From Kofleriaceae bacterium (GTDB lineage Bacteria; Myxococcota_A; Polyangia; Haliangiales; Haliangiaceae), in assembly GCA_035546475.1 (NCBI GenBank), contig DASZXE010000335.1:1-56177 (forward strand): a DNA stretch of 56,177 nucleotides, in the 5' to 3' direction. Numbering within the stretch: the stretch's first letter is position 1; each line of letters opens with the position of its first letter. Shown in pieces: positions 50,249 through 56,177 of the stretch. The translations under genes and the position numbers were made by a program. The notes under the pieces are model-generated. The model saw nothing but the letters and a program-made list of their open reading frames with translations. It ran no database searches and was not told the origin of the DNA.

Positions 50249-52594
50249 ATGAAGGTCGCGTTCACCCACAACCTCCGCCTCACGGACGTCCGCCACTCCG
50301 AGAAGGAGGCCGAGTTCGACAGCGTCGAGACCGTCCACGCGATCGCCGCCGCGCTCGAGGCCGCCGGCCACGAGGTCGAGAAGGTCGAGGTCTCCGGACC
50401 GGCGTCGACCCTGCTCGAGCGGCTCGAGGCGATCGATCCGGACATCATCTTCAACACGGCCGAGGGCCAGCAGGGCAAGCTGCGCGAGGCGCTCTACCCT
50501 GCCCTGTTCGAGGAGCTCGGCATCCCGTACACGGGCGCCGACGCCTACACGAACGCGGTCACGCTCGACAAGTGGCTGACCAAGCTGGTCGTGCAGCGGG
50601 CCGGCGTCGACACGCCGCGCGCGTGCCTGGTCAACCCGCGCAACTTCGACGCGATCCTCGACCGCGGCCCCGGGCTGGCGTTCCCGGTGATCGTCAAGCC
50701 GAACCACGAGGGGTCGAGCAAGGGGATCTATGGAGGAGGAGGCGGGGGCGGCGGCGCGGCCGGCGGCGGCGCGCTGGCCCGCGAGGGCTCGGTCGTGCGC
50801 GAGCCGAAGGACCTGATGGCGGTGCTGAAGGCGGCGCTGCGGGCCTACCCGGACGGCGTGCTGATCGAGGAGTACGTCGAGGGCACCGATGTGCTGGTCG
50901 GCTACATCGACGGCGTCGGCCACGACAACGGGCTGCTCGCCCCGGTCGAGCTGCTGGTCGACCCGAGCCTCGACCGGCCGTTCAACGTCTGGGACTACCG
51001 GCTGAAGAACGTCGAGCCCGGCAAGGTGCAGTTCCGCTGCCCGGCCAGCATCCCGCGCGACATCGCGGCGCGGCTGCGGCAGATCGCGGCCGAGGTCATC
51101 CGCGCGCTCGGCCTGCGGGACGTGGCGCGCATCGACTTCCGGATCGCGCCGGACGGCCGGATCTACTTCCTCGAGGCGAACGCGATCCCGTCGCTGGCGC
51201 CGACCGCGGCGCTGTTCGCGGCGACGTCGCAGCTCGGCATGGGCTACGCGTCGACGGTGGCGGCCATCCTCCACGCGGCGGCGCTGCGGTCGGGGCTGGC
51301 GACGGCGAGCCAGCTCGGCGTCACCCGCCGGCCGGGCCGGGTGCAGCCGATCCGGGTCGGCTTCACCTACAACGTCAAGCGCGACCACGACGGCGACGAC
51401 GAGGCGGAGTGGGACCCGCCGGAGACGATCATCGCGATCGCGAACGCGCTGGCGCGGCAGGGGCACATCGTCGTCCACCTCGAGGCGACGCCGGACCTGC
51501 CGAGGGTGCTGGCCGAGGCCGATGTCGACCTGATCTTCAACATCGCCGAGGGGGTGGAGGGCCGCAACCGCGAGGCCCAGGTGCCCGCCCTCTGCGAGCT
51601 GCTGGGGGTGCCGTACACCGGCTCCGACAGCGCCACGCTCGCGATCGCCCTCGACAAGGCGCTCTGCAAGAAGGTGCTGATGCAGCACGACATCCTGACG
51701 CCGAAGTTCCAGGTGATGGAATCGGCGCGGGAGCGGATCGACCCGGACCTGCGGTTCCCGGTCATCGTCAAGCCGAACGCCGAGGGGTCGAGCAAGGGCA
51801 TCGAGGGGTCGACGTCGGTGTGCGACTCGGAGGAGGAGCTGCGGGCGGCGGTCAAGCTGTGCGTCGAGCGCTACCGGCAGCCGGCGCTGGTCGAGGAGTA
51901 CATCGCCGGCCGCGAGTTCACGGTCGGGCTCCTCGGCGACAAGCGGCCGCGGGTGCTGCCGCCGATGGAGATCTGCTTCAAGGACGCGGAGAACGACCGG
52001 CCGGTCTACGACTACGCGGTCAAGCAGGAGTGGGAGAAGCACGTCTTCTACCAGTGCCCGGCGAAGCTGACCGAGGCGGAGCAGAAGGCGATCGAGAAGA
52101 TCGCGCGGGCGACGTTCTGGGCGCTCGACTGCCGCGACGTGGCGCGCGTCGACCTGCGCATGGACAAGGACGGGCGGATCTACGTCCTCGAGGTGAACCC
52201 GCTGCCGGGGCTGACGCCCGGCTACTCCGACCTCGTGCTGATCGCGCAGGCGGTGGGCATCGAGTACGACCAGCTCATCGCCGAGATCATGGGCGGCGGG
52301 CTGCGGCGCATGCGCGAGAAGCGGCGGGAGGAGCGCGAGGAGACCGAGGCGCGCAACAAGGCGCAGGCGAAGGCGGCGGCGACCGACGCGGCGGCCAAGC
52401 TGGAGAAGGCGGCCGAGAAGGCCGAGAAGGCGGCCGAGAAGGCGGAGAAGGCCGCGAAGCGGATGGCGAAGCTGGCGGGCGACAACGGCAAGCCGCGGCC
52501 GACGACCGCGGTGCCGGTGGCGGAGGCGGCGCCGACGGTCGTGGTCAGCGAGGGCGACTCCGACCGGAACGTGGTGCCGGAGTCGGTGCACTGA
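50249..52594 (+). CDS. Fused tandem D-alanine--D-alanine-ligase-like ATP-grasp protein with a Lys/Ala/Glu-rich tail
   Basis: Two homologous modules. Module 1: MKVAFTHNLRL...FNTAEG..GK.REA..PALFEELGIPYTG...FPVIVKPNHEGSSKGI...RIDFR...GRIYFLEANAIPSL. Module 2 (from about 51350): IRVGFTYNVKR...FNIAEGVEGRNREAQVPALCELLGVPYTGS...FPVIVKPNAEGSSKGI...RVDLRMDKDGRIYVLEVNPLPGL. The track start 50195 is an alternative. Confidence 0.8.
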   Translation: MKVAFTHNLRLTDVRHSEKEAEFDSVETVHAIAAALEAAGHEVEKVEVSGPASTLLERLEAIDPDIIFNTAEGQQGKLREALYPALFEELGIPYTGADAYTNAVTLDKWLTKLVVQRAGVDTPRACLVNPRNFDAILDRGPGLAFPVIVKPNHEGSSKGIYGGGGGGGGAAGGGALAREGSVVREPKDLMAVLKAALRAYPDGVLIEEYVEGTDVLVGYIDGVGHDNGLLAPVELLVDPSLDRPFNVWDYRLKNVEPGKVQFRCPASIPRDIAARLRQIAAEVIRALGLRDVARIDFRIAPDGRIYFLEANAIPSLAPTAALFAATSQLGMGYASTVAAILHAAALRSGLATASQLGVTRRPGRVQPIRVGFTYNVKRDHDGDDEAEWDPPETIIAIANALARQGHIVVHLEATPDLPRVLAEADVDLIFNIAEGVEGRNREAQVPALCELLGVPYTGSDSATLAIALDKALCKKVLMQHDILTPKFQVMESARERIDPDLRFPVIVKPNAEGSSKGIEGSTSVCDSEEELRAAVKLCVERYRQPALVEEYIAGREFTVGLLGDKRPRVLPPMEICFKDAENDRPVYDYAVKQEWEKHVFYQCPAKLTEAEQKAIEKIARATFWALDCRDVARVDLRMDKDGRIYVLEVNPLPGLTPGYSDLVLIAQAVGIEYDQLIAEIMGGGLRRMREKRREEREETEARNKAQAKAAATDAAAKLEKAAEKAEKAAEKAEKAAKRMAKLAGDNGKPRPTTAVPVAEAAPTVVVSEGDSDRNVVPESVH

Positions 52595-52754
52595 CCGCGG
52601 CGGCGGCGGTGGCGGTGGCGGTGGCGGGGCTGGGCTGGCGCTGAGCGGCGGACCGGCGCGGGTGCACTGCGCCGCGGGGCGCGGGGACGGAAACGGGTGG
52701 CGGCACGGGGACGGCGGGGGAACGGGGGAGAGGGAGGCGTGGCATGCTGCGAGG

Positions 52755-54371
52755 GTGAGGATCGGGACGCGCATCACGATCGCCACCGCGCTGTCGGTGT
52801 CGGTGACGCTCGCGATCTATGCGTGGTTCGAGGTGCAGGGCGAGGCGCGGGTGCGGCGGACCGCGATCGAGGCGGAGGCGAAGTCGACCGCGCAGCTCCT
52901 GCGCAACTCGCTCGAGACGATCGGGCCGCACATGCCGGAGGTCGATCCGGCGAAGCTCGGCGACGACCTGACGCGGGGCAAGCCGCCGCGCATCCCGACC
53001 GGCTGGCGCGTGCGCGTGCTGCCGCGCGAGCAGGCCCCCGGCTCGCCCGCGCCGGTCTTGCCGATGACGCCGGGCGAGTTGCACCGGCTGCACGCGCTCG
53101 AGAACTCGCCGACGGCCGCGCTGCTCGAGTACGAGGGTGACGACGTCCACTTCGCGCTGCCGCTGCGGGCGTTCGGCGAGCGCAGCCAGGAGGTGACCGG
53201 CGCGATCGACGTCTCGCGGTCGACGGCGTCGCTCGAGGACGCGATCGACCGCGACCTGGTGCGCGCGATCCTCTGGGTGCTGGTGATCGCCAGCCTGACG
53301 ACGACCGCGGTCTACCTGCTCACGCGCAACCTGATGAGCCAGCCGATGGCGAAGCTGCTGCGCGGCATCGACGACGTCGCCAAGGGCGACCTGTCGCACG
53401 TGCTGCTGTCGGAGCGCGACGACGAGATCGGCGCGGTGGCGAGCCGCTTCAACGACATGACCTTCTCGCTGCGCGAGTCGCGGGCGGAGACGCAGCGGCA
53501 CAACGACGCGAAGTCGAGCCTCGAGCAGCGGCTCGCCCACACCGAGAAGCTCGCCACCATCGGCCAGATCGCCGCCGAGATCGCGCACGAGGTGGGCACG
53601 CCGCTCGGCGTGATCGCGGGGCGCGCGCGGGCGACGCAGAAGAAGGCGAACGACCCGGAGACGGTCGTCAAGAACTCGGCGATCATCGCCGAGCAGACCG
53701 CCCGCATCACGCGCATCATCCAGCGGCTGCTCGACTTCGCGCGGCGCCGCGTCGGCCCGCCCGAGCGCGCGCGGGTGAACCTGAACGCCTTGACCTTGAC
53801 GACGATGGAGCTGCTGGCCAGCCAGTTCTCGGCGGCGAAGGTGAAGACCCGGCTGACCCGCGCCGAGGGGCTGCCGCCGGTGCTCGGCGACGGCGACCGG
53901 CTGCAGCAGGTGCTGCTCAACCTGCTGCTCAACGCGGTGCAGGCGATGCCGGACGGCGGCACGCTGACGGTCGAGACCGCGGCGGTGACGCGGCAGCGGC
54001 CGGGCCTCGAGCTGTCACCCGAGCAGACGTTCGTGCGGCTCGAGGTCACCGACAGCGGCGTCGGCATCCCCGCGGACCGCCGCGACAAGATCTTCGAGCC
54101 GTTCTACACGTCGAAGGACGGCCAGGGCGGCACCGGGCTCGGCCTGGCGGTCTGCGCCGGCATCGTGAAGGAGCACGACGGCTGGATCGAGGTCGACGAC
54201 GCGGCGGAGGGCGGCGCGGTCTTCCGGGTGCACCTGCCGGCGGCGGACGGGGCGACCGACGGGCCCGAGCGCGCGCGGGGCGAGCGCGACCGGGGCGACC
54301 GCGACCGCGACCGGGGCGACCGCGACCGCGAGCGCGAGCGGGCGACTCGCGGCGACACCGCGGTCGGTTGA
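52755..54371 (+). CDS. Membrane sensor histidine kinase (periplasmic domain, HAMP, HisKA, HATPase_c)
   Basis: Two TM segments (ITIATALSVSVTLAIYAWF; ILWVLVIASLTTTAVYLL). HAMP region (DDVAKGDLSHV...DEIGAVASRFNDM). H-box IAAEIAHEVGTPL. N/G boxes LLNLLLNAVQAM, DSGVGIP and GTGLGLAV. Start (GTG 52755) is uncertain; the track ORF begins at 52662. Confidence 0.85.
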   Translation: MRIGTRITIATALSVSVTLAIYAWFEVQGEARVRRTAIEAEAKSTAQLLRNSLETIGPHMPEVDPAKLGDDLTRGKPPRIPTGWRVRVLPREQAPGSPAPVLPMTPGELHRLHALENSPTAALLEYEGDDVHFALPLRAFGERSQEVTGAIDVSRSTASLEDAIDRDLVRAILWVLVIASLTTTAVYLLTRNLMSQPMAKLLRGIDDVAKGDLSHVLLSERDDEIGAVASRFNDMTFSLRESRAETQRHNDAKSSLEQRLAHTEKLATIGQIAAEIAHEVGTPLGVIAGRARATQKKANDPETVVKNSAIIAEQTARITRIIQRLLDFARRRVGPPERARVNLNALTLTTMELLASQFSAAKVKTRLTRAEGLPPVLGDGDRLQQVLLNLLLNAVQAMPDGGTLTVETAAVTRQRPGLELSPEQTFVRLEVTDSGVGIPADRRDKIFEPFYTSKDGQGGTGLGLAVCAGIVKEHDGWIEVDDAAEGGAVFRVHLPAADGATDGPERARGERDRGDRDRDRGDRDRERERATRGDTAVG

Positions 54372-54490
54372 CCGGCCCCGCCAGCGCCGCGGTCGGGCAA
54401 GGGCCGTCGCGACCGCGCCAGCGTCGGACGGCGCGCCGCGGCCCGCGACGGGCGTGAGCGCGCGCGTCGGCAGGAGTAAGCTCGCGCTCC

Positions 54491-55876
54491 ATGCAGCCCG
54501 CGGCTTCGTCCGGTCCCGCTCCGGCGCCCGCGCCCCACGCGTGGACGGCGCTGGTGGTCGACGACGACGCCGGCATCCGCCAGTCGCTGCGCCTCTGCCT
54601 GGAGGCGGCCGGCGCCCAGGTGCGCGGGGTCAGCCACGCGCCGGCGGCGCTCGAGGCGCTCGACCGCGCCGACTACGACCTGGTGTTCCTCGACCTGTGG
54701 CTCGGCGCCGACTCCGGGCTCGACGCGCTGCCCGAGATCCTGCGGCGACGGCCGGAGGCGGGCGTCATCGTCATCACCGCGTTCGCGACGTTCGAGACCG
54801 CGGTCGAGGCGATGCGGCGCGGCGCCGCCGACTACCTGCCGAAACCGTTCTCGCCCGAGCAGGTGCGGCAGGCGGCGGCGCGCGTCCTCGAGCACCGCCA
54901 GCTCCGCCAGCGCGTGCGCGACCTGGAGGCGCGGCTCGCCGGCTACGACGAGGGCGCGAGCTTCGCCAGCCAGAGCCCGACCTTCCGCGCGTTCATGGCG
55001 ACCGTCGAGCGGGCGGCGCCGTCCGACGCCGTCGTCCTCCTGCGCGGCGAGAGCGGGACCGGCAAGAACGTGCTCGCGCGGTGGATCCGCGACGCCTCGC
55101 CGCGGCGCGAGCGGCCGTTCGTGTCGGTGCACTGCCCTGCCCTCGCCGGCGAGCTGATGGTGAGCGCGCTGTTCGGCCACGCCAGGGGCGCGTTCGGCGG
55201 CGCGGTCGCCGACGCGCCCGGCAAGGTGGCGGAGGCGGAGACCGGGACCCTCTTCCTCGACGAGGTCGGCGACCTGTCGGCCGACGCGCAGGCGCGCCTC
55301 TTGCGGTTCCTCCACGACCGGAGCTACGAGCGCCTCGGCGAGCCACGCGAGCGCAAGGCGGACGTGCGCGTCATCGCGGCGACCAACCGCGCGATCGAGG
55401 ACGACGTCGCCGCCGGCCGCTTCCGCGCCGACCTGTTCTACCGGCTGAACGAGCTGCCGCTGGTGGTGCCGCCGCTGCGCGAGCGGCCCGAGGACATCGT
55501 GCCGCTGGCGCGCCACTACCTGGCGGCGCTGTCGGTGCGCCAGGGGCGGCCGGCGCTGACGTTCGCGCCCGCCGCCGAGGACGCGCTGGCCGCGCACCGC
55601 TGGCCCGGCAACCTCCGCGAGCTGCGCAACGCGGTCGAGCGCGGCGTGATCCTCGCGGCCGGCGATGTCCTCGACGCCGACGTGCTCGGCATCCCGCCAG
55701 CGGCCGGCGCCGGGCGCGGCGTGGCGCTCGGCAACCTGGTGAGCCTCGACGAGCTCGAGCGCGAGCACATCGCCCGCGTGATCGGCCGGGTGCCGACGCT
55801 CGAGGCGGCGGCGCGCGTGCTCGGCATCGACGCGACGACCCTGCAGCGGAAGCGCAAGCGGTACGGGCTGTTCTGA
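54491..55876 (+). CDS. Sigma-54-dependent response regulator (NtrC family)
   Basis: Receiver domain (LVVDDD...DLVFLDLWLG...YLPKPF). AAA+ domain (VLLRGESGTGKN, GAFGGA, TLFLDEVGDLS, RVIAATN, FRADLFYRLN). C-terminal HTH (AARVLGIDATTLQRKRKRYGL). Confidence 0.9.
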   Translation: MQPAASSGPAPAPAPHAWTALVVDDDAGIRQSLRLCLEAAGAQVRGVSHAPAALEALDRADYDLVFLDLWLGADSGLDALPEILRRRPEAGVIVITAFATFETAVEAMRRGAADYLPKPFSPEQVRQAAARVLEHRQLRQRVRDLEARLAGYDEGASFASQSPTFRAFMATVERAAPSDAVVLLRGESGTGKNVLARWIRDASPRRERPFVSVHCPALAGELMVSALFGHARGAFGGAVADAPGKVAEAETGTLFLDEVGDLSADAQARLLRFLHDRSYERLGEPRERKADVRVIAATNRAIEDDVAAGRFRADLFYRLNELPLVVPPLRERPEDIVPLARHYLAALSVRQGRPALTFAPAAEDALAAHRWPGNLRELRNAVERGVILAAGDVLDADVLGIPPAAGAGRGVALGNLVSLDELEREHIARVIGRVPTLEAAARVLGIDATTLQRKRKRYGLF

Positions 55877-56177
55877 TGGCCGGCGCGAGGCGCAGGCTGC
55901 GCGCGCGCTTCGTCACCGCGGCGGCGTTGCTGGTGATCACCGGCACCGTCGCCAGCGGGTGGACGCTGGTGGCGCTGTCGCGGCTCGGCGACGCGCTCGG
56001 CGCGATCGTGCGCGGCAACGACCGGGTCAGCGCGGCGACCGCGCGGCTGTCGGGCGCGCTCGAGCGCGAGGACGACGCGCTCCTGCTGCTGATCGCCGCC
56101 GACCCGCGCGGCCACGACGCGCTCGTGCGCGAGCGGGCCGCCACCGACGAGGCGCTGGCGGCGGTCGCCGGCGCGGT
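55876..56177 (+). CDS. Membrane sensor protein, N-terminal fragment (runs off the right edge)
   Basis: ATG 55876 overlaps the regulator stop (TGATG). MAGARRRLRARFVTAAALLVITGTVASGWTLVAL... shows a basic N-terminus plus a TM, then a helical sensor-like region. Not in the ORF track because it is edge-truncated. Confidence 0.45.
   Translation, partial: MAGARRRLRARFVTAAALLVITGTVASGWTLVALSRLGDALGAIVRGNDRVSAATARLSGALEREDDALLLLIAADPRGHDALVRERAATDEALAAVAGA

Overview
High-GC chromosomal window. It looks Myxococcota-like, but that is inferred only from gene content and lipoprotein/sigma-54 richness. Most of it is the minus-strand translation/transcription super-cluster. That cluster runs tRNA-Thr/Tyr/Gly/Thr-tuf, tRNA-Trp-secE-nusG-rplKAJL-rpoBC, rpsL-rpsG-fusA, then a contiguous S10-spc-alpha block from rpsJ to rplQ. 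The cluster is unusually edited. rplC, adk, infA and a fusA-linked tuf are missing from their canonical slots. uL5 carries a 64-aa Lys/Ala/Pro N-terminal tail. Three unrelated genes sit between rpoC and rpsL, and a 26-bp tandem array starts at the rpsG stop codon. The left end (about 1.3-12.9 kb) is accessory. It holds an isolated flagellar/T3SS-type export-gate module (FliO-FliP-FliQ-FliR convergent with FlhB), with no FlhA, ATPase or structural genes in the window. This FlhB lacks the NPTH autocleavage motif, and a 61-74-bp tandem array precedes it and includes its start codon. Next come an orphan 663-aa protein translationally coupled to an FGE-type lipoprotein, and three further lipoproteins. 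The right end encodes a TPR lipoprotein, a YjbQ-family protein, a fused double Ddl-like ATP-grasp protein, and a HAMP histidine kinase with an NtrC-type regulator. No CRISPR array, rRNA gene, transposase or integrase was seen. Many long Arg/Ala/Pro-rich ORFs in the track are antisense or out-of-frame artefacts of the GC content and are not called.
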